Of a stretch of 64,000 nucleotides of DNA, positions 1 through 13,110 are shown piece by piece. The notes under the pieces are model-generated. The model did no database searches. It was not told the DNA's origin and saw only the letters and a program-made list of their open reading frames with translations. Location of the stretch: the NCBI GenBank assembly GCA_028534125.1, contig CM052816.1, positions 69,132,001 through 69,196,000 of the forward strand, in the 5' to 3' direction. The stretch is from Lama glama (Eukaryota). The position numbers and the translations under genes were made by a program. How positions within the stretch are numbered: the stretch's first letter is position 1; every line of letters starts with the position of its first letter.

Positions 1-138
1 AGAGAGCTTAAGATATGTCTTCTGTATCTGAGGAAAAAAATGAGAGAGAGACCTACTAGTTGCTTTGATTGTGGTTCACTGGAGTGGTGGCCATGATAGG
101 AGGTTATCTTTCCAGAACTGTGAGGCCATTGGGTAATA

Positions 139-641
139 CAGAAATTCCCTGACTTATGATAGTTTAACTTATGATTTTTAGACTTTATCGTGGTGCAAAA
201 GCAATATTCATTCAGTAGAAACCATACTTCTAATTTTGAATTTTGATGTTTTCCCAGGTCAGCAGTAATACAGCAGATACTCTCTCCAGATGCTGGGTAG
301 TGGCAGCGAGTGCAGCTCCTAGTCAGTCATGCAATCATGAGGGTAAACAACCGATACACATATGACCATCCTGCACCCATACATCCATTCTATTTTTCAC
401 TTTAAGTACAGTATTCAATAAATTACATGAAATATTTAACACTTTATCATATAATAGGCTTTGTGTTGGATGATTTTGTCCAACTGCAGGCTAACGTTAG
501 TGTTCTGATCATGGTAAAGTAGGCTATGCTAAGCTATGATGTTTTGTAGGTTAGGTGTATTAAAGCATTTTTGACATACAATATTTTCAACTTATTATGG
601 GTTTATCAGGATGTAACCCCATGGTAAGTCAAGGAACATTG
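139..641 (-). mobile_element. MER47/Tigger5-family non-autonomous TcMar-Tigger DNA transposon
   Basis: Decayed terminal inverted repeats (cagaaattccctgacttatgat ... atggtaagtcaaggaacattg) preceded by TA. The interior matches my recall of the MER47 reverse complement (cattcagtagaaacc, gctaagctatgatg, taggttaggtgtattaaa). Confidence 0.8.
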
Positions 642-1390
642 GCACGTGATTGTTTCTTGTGGACCAGATGTGGATCCAGACAGCAACCTGGTATGGGGTC
701 ATCTTGTTCAAGTCTGTGGGCTAGAGAGGCACAGAGACCTAAGACCTGAGTGGAGAGAAACTGGATTTCTAGGGGGTGAGGTAAAAAGGAAGTGACCATT
801 CAGAAAAGAGTTACATTTGCCCTACCAAATAATTTCAGATGAGAAATTTCCAAAATCTCGGAAGAACCATGTGAAATTGTGAGAGCTTGTGAGAAAAGTC
901 AACATTAAACATGTAAAAAACAAAATCATAAATTCTAAACTGTATGACAGTATCAGGTAAGTAGAAAATTTTCTGCTCTCCTGACCTACTCACCCTTACT
1001 GTGCTTTAACTCTGGAGGGGTTGAAACTGTGAGTAGCCAGAGAAGGGACAGATATGAGAGAAGAGACACTTTTTCTCCTTGACTTCAGACCCAAACCATA
1101 GGAAGGGGAGAAGACTCAACTTAAAAGCAGATTTGAAATTTTGACTATTACTTAAGGCTAGACATTTTAATGCTAATCTGAAAGTTTGATTTATGACTTG
1201 AAGTGACCCTATAACTTTGCATATTATTCAAGAGTGACCAGAAAATTCTTGAGGACTTCCCTTACCCTGACAGAAAACTCAGCAGACAAATGACACTACA
1301 GAGCTGGTTGAAAGGGACAATGGAAGACAAAAATGAAGTTGTTTTCTGCTGACACTCTATGTACTGCTTGATCAATATAACATTTGCATA
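642..1390 (+). mobile_element. Probable ancient Gypsy-like LTR remnant (MamGypLTR/LTR8x-like), possibly continuing left of the MER47
   Basis: Loose resemblance to recalled consensus motifs (gacttgaagtgaccctataac, gagtgaccagaaaa). Highly decayed. Confidence 0.3.
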
Positions 1391-1544
1391 AGAATAATAC
1401 ATTTCCACTTCAGCTACAGGGTTGATTGCCAGATGCTGTTAAGTTTTATTCCAAATTTGATTTCACTACAATAATGCCTTATCTATATTCTACTTCCTAC
1501 AAGGGGCTTTGTCTGACCACTCCAGTTAGATGATCTCAATCACT

Positions 1545-1975
1545 ATAATGGATATATGTTCTCCTTTCTGGCCACTGAGCATTGAAACCACCTTCCTACA
1601 TCTGGGAAATCTCACATTTCAAGAAGCAGAGCTCCCCTCCAGGGATAGAAGCTGAAATGTCAGGGACTCAAGTTCCAGGCTCTGTGCAGTGGATATACAA
1701 GGATATCCAGCAATGGGAGGAAGCAGGGGCTGTCTAGACTCCATTCTGGTACCAGATGGTGGTAGCAGAAGCAACACCCAGTTCCTAGAGGCAGGAATGA
1801 CAGAGAAGGGGCCCTGGTGTTGTGGTGTGGGTGTGGAGCCTGCAGCGTCTGTGCCCAGTGGGCGCTGTGGAGTTCTGCTGCGTGGGCTTGGCAACAGTTC
1901 CTGGCTCTGTAGCCACCACACTTGGTTCTCTGGTGCTCTTGGAGATTCAATGAGCTCCTCAGTCATCTTCTTTTT
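1545..1975 (+). mobile_element. Probable ancient ERVL-type LTR remnant
   Basis: GC-richer block with LTR-like opening (gagcattgaaaccaccttcctacatctgggaaat). Family not resolved. Confidence 0.3.
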
Positions 1976-1979
1976 TTCC

Positions 1980-2715
1980 TGAAGTAATTATAGATTTACA
2001 GAAAAGCTACAGGGATAGTGGAGAGAGTCCTCATATACTCTTACCCAGCTTCCCCTAATGTTAACATCTTATAGAACCATGGTACGTTTGCCAAAACCAA
2101 GAAACTACTATTGGCATGACTCTACTATCTAAATTACATACTTCACTTAGGTTTCACTGACTTTTCCATTAAGGTCACCTTTCTTTTCCAGGATCCAAAT
2201 CAGGATACTATTTTTCTCTTGGTTGTCATATCTCCTGGGTCTCTTTTCATATGTGACAGTTTCCTATAGTCTTTCTTTGTTTTCTAAGAGAATTAGTCAG
2301 TTATTTTGCAGGATGTTTCTCAAGTTAGACTTTGATGTTTTCTCATAATTCAACTGAGTTATAGATTCTGGGGGGAAAACACCACAGAGGTGAAGTGCCT
2401 CTTTCCTTTAAGTATTAAATATCAAGGGGTACATGGTATCCACATTACTCATCAGTGGCAATATTAACTTAGATCAGCTGGTTAAAGTGCTGTCTGCCAG
2501 GTTTCTCCACTCTGAAGAGACCATTTTTCCCTTTCCACACTCTATTTGTTAGAAAGGAGTCACTTAAGTCCAGATCATACTTAGAGAAAGGGAAGTTAAG
2601 TTCCATCTGCTGGAGAGGACATATGTTCATATACCATATACTATTTGGAATTCTTCTGTAAAGGAATATTTGTCCTTTCTCCTCCATTTATGTATGTATT
2701 CATGTATCTATGTAT
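1980..2715 (-). mobile_element. L1MC4/L1MC5-type LINE-1 3' end
   Basis: Recalled 3' UTR motifs: tatagatttacagaaaag, acccagcttcccctaatgttaacatctta, ccaggatccaaatcaggatac, accacagaggtgaagtgcc, gccaggtttctccact. Confidence 0.75.
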
Positions 2716-5084
2716 CTATTCGGTTCTCAGTCTAGCACAGAAAAGGGCATTTGTTGGTAAAAATTCAGAGAGAAATCTTAGGGACAAGATCCCCTTCAGA
2801 ATATGGTTTAAGGAAGGTAGACCAGATAAATGATTTACTTCTCCTGACCTCAGTTTTCAAGTTGAAGAATGGAACGTCACTGCTTTTATATATCATTCTT
2901 CTCTGTGAGATTATATTGAGGGGCACTGGGAGATTCAGAGTTTCTACCTCTAAAAACATCATGAAGATGAATTTGGTAATATATACTTTAGGGTCCCAGA
3001 AGGAACCCCCAAACTGGCTCACTGAGAAGTACTTAATAAGGACTCTATAGAGATGTGGGCAGGGTTGGTTCAGGAAAAATAAGTATGGCTCAGTACCCCC
3101 AGAGCTTGCAACCACAAGGAGCCATGGCTACTTCTTATGCAGAAGGGACAAGGGAAGGAGTGGTTCCTAGAGGTGGACAGAGTGGCTGTGTGGCTATAAG
3201 AAGCAGCCAACCTTAGGGAGTAGAAGGGAGAGACCTGGGGACAAATACTCCATCCTACTCTCTCCTCTTCTTCTGATCCCCTGCCAGCAGCTGCCATCAA
3301 CTAAACCTAACAGAAAGCCAAGGGCCAAGTTGCTCTTGACTGAGTCTGTAGAGAGCAGCCTCCCAGGACAGACAGTAGGGTGGAGAGGGTGGCAAATGGA
3401 TCTGGAGAAACACAAGGAAGGGACCCAGCACACAACAGGCAGATGGTTTGTGGCCGAGCCTGGCCTAGAACCCCACTTTTCTGACTTGTATCATCATGCT
3501 CTTCCTGCCTCATCGCCCTGCCTTCTCATCTTCTCCTGTCACTCTAAGCTGGCCGCTCCAAGTTTCTTCTCATGTTGCAGATGAAGGAGCATCTTAGCTT
3601 TGTAAACTGTGAGGGCCCCACTCTGGCCTACATTTTTCACAGTCCAGGAACGAAAGACCTGGGCCTTTGCTCCTGCTTTTCTTGGGTTTCCTCCCAGCTC
3701 TGGAGGCTAGAAGTCTATCTTATGGCCCCATCCTGACCTCTGATGGACTTGCTTCTAGATGGAGTGCTTGGCTAAGTAAGCCCCTCCTTACAAGCACAGG
3801 AAAGCCCCCAATAATTTTTTTTTCAAAGGAAAAAGAAGCCTCAAATTGCTTTCCAAGTAAGTGAGGTTTTCATTCTTCCTGGAAAGAGTTTCCTTCTCTG
3901 AGGCTGCTATTGCCACGGTCAATTGAAAATTAGAAAGGCGCTTTCAGAAACGCTTGCCTATGCTTTGGAATGTAATTGAAAACAACTGTTCTACTTCTGC
4001 TGAATTGTGCAGGGAGTTGGAACTAATGCTGGCAGCTAAACAAGGAGGAGATGGGGGCAGAATGGTCTGGAGGAGAGGGTGGGAATAGTGGTTGGGTCAG
4101 GGCAGGGGAAAAAAAGGTTTACTGATTAGAAGAAAGGAAATTAATTGGAGGTTACCATATGGAATAAATTTCTGTCTGACCTGCCTTGATGGTAATATAG
4201 GCCCTGGATGAGAAAAACTGGGAGACTTTTTAGAGTGACAACATAGTCTCAGGTCCAGGCAGTAAGAAGGCAAGTCCAGGACAGGAACCCATTTCTTTAG
4301 AACAAGTCATTAGAGACAGACATTGCCATCCACGTTTTAAAGAGGAGAGACTAGTTCACAGAAGATATCCTCCCAGTCTTCAGAAGGAAAGTTCCCATTA
4401 ATTTTCCAGTTATCAGTCTCACTTCAACAAGGAAGACAGAATTCATCCTAACATACCATTTGTCTTTTGTTCCTGCAGGCCCCATATTCTCTGGCCTTAG
4501 ATTTTCTTCATGAATCATAATTTTAGTCCCAAGCAAGTGTCCCATATCAAGTGCAGATGCTGGCATAGTTTCTGCCAGCAAGGTCCACACCTGGAACAAA
4601 TCCCTCCCTGAGCACTGTCTTTTCCAGCCCTGAAGAAATGGGAGCTGGGGATTCTTCCAGGAGATCTGACACATTCTTCCAGTGCCCTGACGAATCCAGA
4701 GAATTTGGGGGCTAAGTTCAAAAGATGGGGCTCTTAAATGCTTTCCCTTAAAAGAAACAGAACATTTTCCCTATTATATTGGAGACAGATCAAAGTTGAT
4801 CACATTCAGAAGCATTAAAAAGGACATTTTAGGTAAGATTACAGCTGTTTTCCTGGAGCTTTTTATGGTTGTAATCTTAGGAATGAATGTGTAGAACTGA
4901 TCTGAAGTCCTTCATGGTAGGCATTTGGGCTGAGAACCTGGGCCTCTGAGGAATCAACAATAGGCTGGGCTACAGAGAGATTTTTGATCTGCCCCATTTT
5001 CTGGTCTCCCATAGGAGTCCACAGGCCCAGTTAATCCTCAAATGTGAACATTCTTGTTCTTGTGAGGTTTACAAGAGGCATGTG

Positions 5085-5800
5085 ACAACTAACACTTGAA
5101 ACAGTGCCAAGAATATAGCAAGTACTTAATAAATGTCTTATATGTGTTAACTCATTTAATTATCACATTCTATGAAGTAGATACTCCTGTAGTACCTCAT
5201 TTTTCTCATTTGTAAAATCTAAAGAGGCTGAGTAACTTGTTCAAGTTCATGTAACTAGTAAATGCTTATACAGATGCTGAGATGTGCTCTTCAGATCTCT
5301 CTTCAGGGATGAAGGACTTACACCTCCAGCTGCTGAAAGTGTGGCTGAACACAGCCCTTAGCCCTTTTTGGGAATGAACTTCACTGAAGAGAGCCATCAA
5401 ACCTAGGGCCAAAAAACAAAAAACAAAAAACCTAGGGCCATGCTCACTTCCCCAGGGCAATCCATATTCAGTGATTGATTGACAGAGCAGTACAAAAGCT
5501 CAGCCCCCTCAGTCCACTGCAGGATAATTCTGAAGGTCCGTCTCAGCTTCAGAATCCTGAAGGGTTGACTCAGGCCTTCACTGAGATTGCACTGCAGCTT
5601 AACTTCTCCCTAATTCAATCCTACTTATTTCCTTCTCCTTCCATAGTAGTTCCATTAAGAACACTTCCTAATAAATCTCTGGCACTCTGAAATCCTTGAC
5701 TCAGAGTCTGCTTCCTGGAGAACACAAGCCATGACAGTGCTAAAGCTGCAATTTGAACTTGGGCATCTGACTCCACAGGCCATGATCTTCCCCAATGCAT
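5085..5800 (-). mobile_element. MIR SINE split by an LTR16 insertion (MIR parts about 5085-5266 and 5737-5800)
   Basis: aactcatttaat...gaggctgagtaacttgttcaagttcatgtaactagtaaatg continues after the LTR as gctaaagctgcaatttgaacttgggcatctgactcc. Confidence 0.75.
5267..5736 (+). mobile_element. LTR16-family (ERVL) solo LTR
   Basis: Ends aataaatctctggcac...ctcagagtctgcttcctggagaacacaagccatgaca, as in the LTR16 3' end. 5-bp TSD atgct (5262-5266) / gtgct (5737-5741). Confidence 0.8.
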
Positions 5801-6289
5801 TCTAATAACTCTCAGGAGAGGTATAATTGTTAAAGATGGAAGGTACCCTAGGATGAGCTAGTACTACCCCATGTTAGCACCTAGAATTTAAAACACTACT
5901 TAAAAATATGTCTTGCCCATAGAAGATTCTCTGTTTTGTTTTTTATTGAGAGGGGAAGTATGTATGGTGTTTGGACTAGTAAATTAGGAGGATCCCCTGT
6001 CCCTGCATATGTTTTAATAATATGAGTAGAGATCCGTGGCCCATCTTCGTGGAATTGCAGTTCTCTATGGTTCTCTAATGAGCTTCTAAGAACATGAGTC
6101 CAGCAAAGGTCAGGCTCTTGAGAACTGACAGCCTCATAAATGATGCCAGGAAGGGCAGACACTAGAAGGGCAGAAGCCACCACTGGTTTCTCCATTAGGG
6201 CTTTCTAGGTGTGGAATCCTTGGAAAAATGCTGAGAGATCATCCATTTACTGTCTTCACAAGACTTCTCATAGAATTGGGTCTTTTAGA

Positions 6290-6440
6290 CCCAGAAATAA
6301 TAGTGGTCATGCAACCCCTCTTCATCTTCTACAGATGAGGACACTGAAATATGGAGGAACAAAGGGCTTTCCCAGCTAGCCAGTGGCAGAAATGGCTCTG
6401 GAATACTGCACCTACACTGCCACTCAAAGGTTCTTTATAC
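6290..6440 (-). mobile_element. MIR fragment
   Basis: Core tacagatgaggacactga...agctagccagtggcaga. Confidence 0.6.
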
Positions 6441-8029
6441 TGCTCTGCTCTTTCATTTTGAAATTTCACAAAATATTTCCAATATTATGAATGTGCCAGA
6501 GACAGTTGGTGCACAGTGATTATTCCATGTGTTCCTCTAACACTTCCCAGCTTTCTTTGCATTTAGGTTGGAATCACATTGCTATCTGGCTTGAACTGTG
6601 AGTACAAATGGAGTATGTGCCTCTTTCAGGCTAGTGAGTTCAGATCCGTGTTCCTTCTCCATCCTTCATGTGCTCTGTCAAGGAGAACTTGGAGATCAAG
6701 AGGAACATATGGCAAAGCTACAAGGTAGAGGAAAGTCTCCCAACTCACAGGAGACTTTGCCTGAGCATGAAATTAGCCATCGCTCTCTGAAACCACCGAG
6801 GTTTCAAAAGTTTGACCTTTGACACAGTTAGAATTCACTACCCCTAGGCAATGGGCTTCTAATTCTGGGCCAGCTTGCCTGAACAAGACATAAGGAAAAG
6901 GTGTGGCAACAGCAGCCCACCATTTGGGAAAAGTCAATAGGAATGTGACACTCATCACTTGGATACCTGTTGCTCAACTCAGAGACAAAAGGTCTGAGAG
7001 AAGGCAGGAGTTCCAAGATTGAGAAAAGAAAACTTGTTTCTACTTGAGTGCACCTTCCTATCCTTCAGGAACTCAGGTTTCCATAGATGTAGAGAAGGCT
7101 GAGTTAGGCAGCTCTGGTGTGTTCTTCCCCGGTTCTCTTTCTACATCCAGGGATGGGTTGTGGCCACATTGCATTTTTAGCCTGGGCCCAGCTGCATCCC
7201 CTCTTGCAAGTGCACCAGGAACTGGTAGGAGGAACTGAGCCAATGAGACTTCTCTATGAAACTTCTGCTCCAGACCTCACCTCATGCCCCCACCTACAGT
7301 GGGCATCTCAGGACCCGGCTCTGAACTGAGAACACACACCACTTTCCCCTGGTGGGTGCAGCTGTGACTCCAAACGAACCCCTGAAATAAGACAGAGGAA
7401 AGGCAAAGCATCCTCTCTGCCAGGCTGTTGGTCTTGCGGCTGTAACTGGGTGACTTTTGGCTCTAGGATCTCAAATTAACATGGGTTGCTGGCCCTGTAT
7501 TTGAATTCTGGCCAGCTGGCCTTGTAGTCTTTGCATATCCTGCCACTGAGCCTGGCACACCCACAGTTGTGAGGTCCACTGATGGAGAGCGGGGTTGCCT
7601 GTGCCATTCTATCTCTGCAGGTGGGATCTTATTTCAGAGTGACTTCCCCATGGATGATCATGGACATACATCCCAGCATTAGCAGGTGCAAGGCCAGGCT
7701 TTCACACCCTCACCTCATGTAGCTTTAGATAAGGCTGAGTATTTAAGGTCATGGTTAGTGGTTTCACTGCATGCAGACTTTTCAGAAAACAGGATGTGAT
7801 ACAACTGGAAGGTGATTCTGTGGTGGTTGATCATATACATTAAGTGAGAAATCACAATAACTTTGCTGACCTCTTACATTTTCACTAGTAATGACACAGT
7901 CTTCACTAGGTTCTGGTAGATATAATAATTAGCATAATTAGCTAATCCACCAAATTCCCAGCTTTTTATGTATAAAATCAAGGAGTTATTGTCACAAACA
8001 CTTTGTTATTTTCCTGACATTTATCTTTG

Positions 8030-11000
8030 AAAAATCTAATGTGTTTTAGTTGTTCAAAGATTAAAGCAGTATAATAGAAAGAGAAAGTCATTTTCTAGTC
8101 CTAAATCTCTAATAGGCAAATGAACAGTTTGACATCTATTGTCCCATGTTCTTATGCTTACATATATCCACAAATTTTAAAAAAATATAAATGGGATCAT
8201 GCCATATATATCACTCTGTAATTTCAATTTTTATTTCATTTCAATATACTGGGACATTTTTCACATCAATGGGATCTACCTCATCTTTTAAAAAATCTAC
8301 AGTGTTTTACTATGTGGATGGACCATGATTTATTTATCTAATTCTCCACTGAGACATCAGGTTATTGTCATTTATTTATTATTATGACCAATACTACAAT
8401 ATGCATCTTTATATAGTATATCTTTATACATCTGTCATATAATTTCTTTAGAATAAATTGCTAGAATTAGAAATATTGGCTCAAAAGGCATGTACAGTAA
8501 AGTTTTCAAATTGTGAATAGATTATCTTCCAAAAATGTTCAACAGTTTATATTCCTAGTGACCAGTGTGAAAATACCTGTTCTGTCACACCTTTAGATCA
8601 TTGACTATTACTAGACCAATTACTCTGAGAAGTTTAGATAAATCTTGCTTTTAAAAATTTACATTTCTTTGTTTATTATTGGATTTAAGCAGTATCTTTT
8701 CAAATAGTAGTGGTTATTTCTATTTTATCTACTAATGGTAATGGTTTAATTTCTATCCATTTTTCTTTTCTTTATGTTTTCTTACTGATAGATAAAGAGT
8801 TCTGTATATCATACAAATATCAAAACTTTCTTATATATAGGAGATATTTTATAACATTTTTCATTAGTGTCTCTTATTGAAAGATATGAATTAAAGTTTT
8901 CTATACTTCTGTAAAAGCAAAGTCACAAAGTTAATCTTCTGCTTGAATGCTTCTCGCTTTGTGATGCACTTGGAAAAGCCCTTTTCAACTCAATATAAAA
9001 CTAGTCTACATTTTCTTCAAGTACTTTTAAATGTAAAAAGAAAAGAACTAATGAATATTCTTTCATCACATAAAAAACAAATTTCTCCAAAATGGATTTA
9101 ACTTATTTCTTTAGAAAGCAGACCGCCAATCATTCCACTGTTACATATTGAAATGTCAAACATTAAAATATTCCAGTTACTTTTAAATTCATCTTTATGT
9201 TTTATATTTAAAAGCAAATTATACATGTATGGATTTTAATTTAGATCCTATATTCTGCTTCATTGATTTCAATTTCTATACTTAATTTAAATCCAGAGTG
9301 TTTTAATTGCTGTGGTTTTAAAGTATCTTTTGACACCTGGGAGGGTGGATTTCCACTCACTCATCTTATGATGCACTTACTCTTCCAAATGAAAATTAAA
9401 ATCAATGTAGATTCCCTACAACCCCCACCCCAAATTGCTACTAGGGCTTTATTAGAATTGTGTTAAATTTGTAAATTAATTTGGAAAGAATTGTAATTTA
9501 TATGAGATTGAATCTTCCTAAACAGAAATGCAATATAGAAATTCAATTATTTAAATCTTTCATGTTTTTCGATAACTTTTTTTTTCCCATGGAAATCTTA
9601 GGAAAATATAACTCTAAAAAAAATCCTATTTGTTAATGTTGCTGTTAATAGCAAGGTGTATGTGTCTTTTGAATTAATTTTTATTTTGTGGTTGGCTTTA
9701 TTCCTCTGATAACTATGTAAGTTTAAAAAGCTAAAGCTCTAAATGTTCTTAGAAACAATGAACAATACATACACGGAAATTTAAAAATATATGTGCAGTG
9801 AAAAAAATGAGCTCTCAAGCCATGAAAGACATGGAAGAAACTTAAAAGACATATTACTAAATGAAAGAAGCCAGTCTGAAAAGGCTACAAACTGTATGAT
9901 TCCAACCAAATGACATTCTGGAAAAGGCACAGCTACAGAAACAATAAAAAGATCGTGGGTTTGGGGAGAGGGAGGGAGGGAGGGATGAATAGATGGAGCA
10001 CAGGGGATTTTTAGGGCAATGAAATTATTCTGTATGATACTATAGTGGTGGCCACATGTCATTATACATTTGTCAAAGCCCATAGAATGTACAACATCAG
10101 GAGTAAACCCTAATGTAAACTACAGACTTTGGTTGATAATAATGTGTCCATGTTGGTTCATCGATTGTACCAAATATGCCACACAGATGAGGGATGTTGA
10201 GGGTAGGGGAGTATATATGTGTGGGTGGGGAGGACTATGTGGCAACTCTGTATTTTCTGCTCAAATCTGCTGTAAACCTGAAACTGCTCTTAAAAAATTA
10301 AGTCTATTAAAAAAAAAAGAATATGAAAGAAAGATCCTATTTGTAATAGCATAAAACTATTGTTGGAACTTTGTAAAATATTTAAAACACCTAAAAATAT
10401 TTCTGATATATTCACAATTATTTGATATTAAAATATTTTTATTCTATCTGAACATCTTCCTAAACTTTCTCTTATTAGTTCTAATTGTTTTTGAGGTATA
10501 GTCATATTGCAAATGATGATCACCTGTCACTTCTTTTCTCATAGTTCAACCTGTTATTGAATTTGTTAGGACTGTCACAAAACTGTGATAATAGTATAAA
10601 ACTGGTCATGTTTATATTATTTCTGATGGAATGTACAATACTAGAGGCAGTTCCATTTAAGTATGTGTGTTATCTGTTTGACAAAATCTTGTCAAAATAA
10701 ACTTCCTCCTGTATCCAGTTTTAAAAGTTTATGTATATGTATATGTGTGGTTATTTTATCAGAAATAGATGCTGAATTTCATTGACTGTTTTTGACATCA
10801 ATCCAGATATAGTTTTTTTCCTTCAATATAATAATATAATAAATTCTATTAATTGATTTTCCAAAATATATTGAATGAATGATGGATGAATCAAATCATC
10901 CTTGCATTCCTGGAACAAACGAGTTGATTCTGATATATTTTTAAAATATATTACTATATCCAATTTTCTCACATAATATTTAAGATATTCGCCTATATAT

Positions 11001-11090
11001 TCTTAAGTGAGGTTTGTCTATATTTTCTTTATTATGTACTATTTTTGTCAGGTTTTATGACATAGGTATTATGCTGGCTTCATAGGTAAC
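8030..11090 (-). mobile_element. Ancient L1M (L1ME-like) 3' region and decayed ORF2, interrupted by a younger L1
   Basis: T-rich block with antisense L1 motifs (tatgtggatggaccatgatttattta, gtaaattaatttggaaagaattg, catccttgcattcctggaa, ttatgctggcttcata). Confidence 0.65.
9785..10320 (+). mobile_element. L1MC1-type LINE-1 3' end
   Basis: gaaagaagccagtctgaaaaggctaca, gacattctggaaaaggc, atacatttgtcaaagcccatagaatgtacaaca, ctgtaaacctgaaactgctct, followed by an A tail. Confidence 0.85.
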
Positions 11091-11194
11091 TTTGCAAATC
11101 TTTTTTTTTTCTTTTAAAAAATATTTGAAGTATTACTCTAGGTCACATCCCAGAAACAAAGTGAGAACCCTTCATATTAAGCATTCAGCCATTT

Positions 11195-11673
11195 TGTATT
11201 AGTTATTTATTGATATATGACAAATTACCCCAAAACTTAATGGCTTAAAATAGCAAACATTTATTACCTCACAACTGTTATGGGTCAGGAATTCAGGAGT
11301 GGCTTAGCTAGATGGTTCTGGCTCCTGATCCCTCATGACATTAAAATTAAGATGCTGGTCAGAACTTCAGTCACCTAAGACTTGACTGTATGGCTGTTAC
11401 CTTGTGGCCTCAGTTTCTTACCAGATGAGTTTCTCCATGGAAGCTGCTTGAGTGTCCTTATGACATGACAATTGGCTTCTCCCAGGGGAACCGATCCAAG
11501 ACAGAGTGAAACAATAATGTCTTTAATGAGCAAGCCTCAGAAATTATATATTACCATTTCTCACATATTCTATTGGTCACACAGACAAATTCTGTGTGGG
11601 AGGTGACTACACAAGGATGTGCATACAAAAAGGCAGGGATCATTGAAGACTATTTTGGAGGCTGGCTATCATA
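11195..11673 (-). mobile_element. MLT1G/H-type MaLR solo LTR
   Basis: Begins tgtattagtt...aaattaccccaaaacttaatggcttaaaa...gggtcaggaattcaggagtggcttagct. Ends ttggaggctggctatcata. Confidence 0.8.
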
Positions 11674-12189
11674 CCCCTTCTCTCTCCTCTATGTTTTGGA
11701 CTCCTTTCTCTGAGACACCACTCTTGATACCCAGAAGAACATTATCTGTGAGTACTATTGTAATTAAACCTTTATAAGTAGGATGATGCTCAGACGTCAT
11801 CTTAAGTAACTGGGGTAATTGTGTGTATGTACATGCATGTGTTCAGTCCTGGTCACCAGACACAACTTTCTGCTTGGTGAGTATGGATTGCTGTTTATGA
11901 GTATTATAACTCCAATACTTTTTAATGACCCATCTTCAGTCCAGAAGTTATTTGGAAATACTGTTTAGAAAGGGTGATATGTCTGGTGAGTAAGAATTTT
12001 CCCCCAGACTCTTCTCTACTACCACATTCCCTCTTTAAAAGGAACATAGAATTCAATATGAAACTAGGAACTTCTTCAGGGATGGTATTATCTAATGTTG
12101 GGTATGTATAATGCTTGCCCATTTTGGAAAAATTGTCTTGTGTACATCCTTATTCAGAACACAGATAGCAAAAAGAGAAACATTTACTC

Positions 12190-12281
12190 TGGTATTATGT
12201 GACTTCTGAGGCTAAGTCATAAAAAGCATTGTTGTTTAACTCTCTCTTGGGTCACTGGAGAAGCCAATTGTCATACGATGA
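12190..12281 (+). mobile_element. MLT1 (F/H-like) fragment truncated at the L1 junction
   Basis: gtgacttctgaggctaagtcataaaaag...ctctctcttggg...ggagaagcca. Confidence 0.5.
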
Positions 12282-12294
12282 GTGTGTGTGTGTG

Positions 12295-13110
12295 AATGCT
12301 GGAGAGGGTGTGGAGAAAAGGGAACCCTCCTACACTGTTGGTGAGAATGCACTTTGGTGCAGCCATTATGGAAAACAATATGGAAACAGTATTCCTTAAA
12401 AAACTAAAAATAAACTTACCCTATGATCCAGTAATCCCACTCTTGGGTATACACCTGGAGGGAACTAATTTGAAAAGATACATGCACCCAGTGTTCATAG
12501 CAGCACTATGTGCAATAGCCAAGACATGGAAGCAACCTAAATGTCCATTGACAGATGACTGGAAAAATTAGTTGTGGTGAATATATACAATGGAATACTA
12601 CTCAGTCATAAAAAGAATAAAATAATGCCATTTGGAGCAACATGGATGGAACTTGAGATTGTCATACTAAGTGAAGTAAGCCAGAAAGAGAAAGAAAAAT
12701 ACCATATGATATCACTTATATGTGGCATCTAAAAAGTGATGCAAATGAACTTATTTACAAAAAAGAAACAGACTCACAGACAGAAAACAAACTTACGGTT
12801 ATGGGCTGTGGGGGCAAGGAGGGGTAGAGGGATAAATTGGGAGTTCAAGATTTGCAGATACTAACTACTATATATAAAATAGATAAGCAACAAGGATCTA
12901 CTGTATAGCACAAGGAACTATATTCAATATCTTGTAATAGCCTATAAGGAAAAAATGTGGAAAGGAATCTATATATATGTATAACTGAATCACTATGCTG
13001 TACACCAGAAATTAACACAACATTGTTAATTGTTTCTTTTTTCAACATTGTTAATTGTTAATTGTAAACTGACTATACTTCAAAAGAAGAAAGAAAGAAA
13101 AGAAAACAAA
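12295..13110 (+). mobile_element. 5'-truncated artiodactyl-type LINE-1 (ORF2 C-terminus, 3' UTR and A-rich tail), disabled
   Basis: One frame gives the zinc-knuckle [17 protein letters not shown]. Another gives LPYDPVIPLLGI and AIAKTWKQPKCP. Stops and frameshifts are present. Tail aaaagaagaaagaaagaaaagaaaac. Confidence 0.92.

Noticed and set aside
12296..12571. ORF with L1 ORF2 similarity as a functional gene
   Set aside because: Fragment of a truncated L1 with stops and frameshifts. The same applies to 46504-46692 and 47910-48164.
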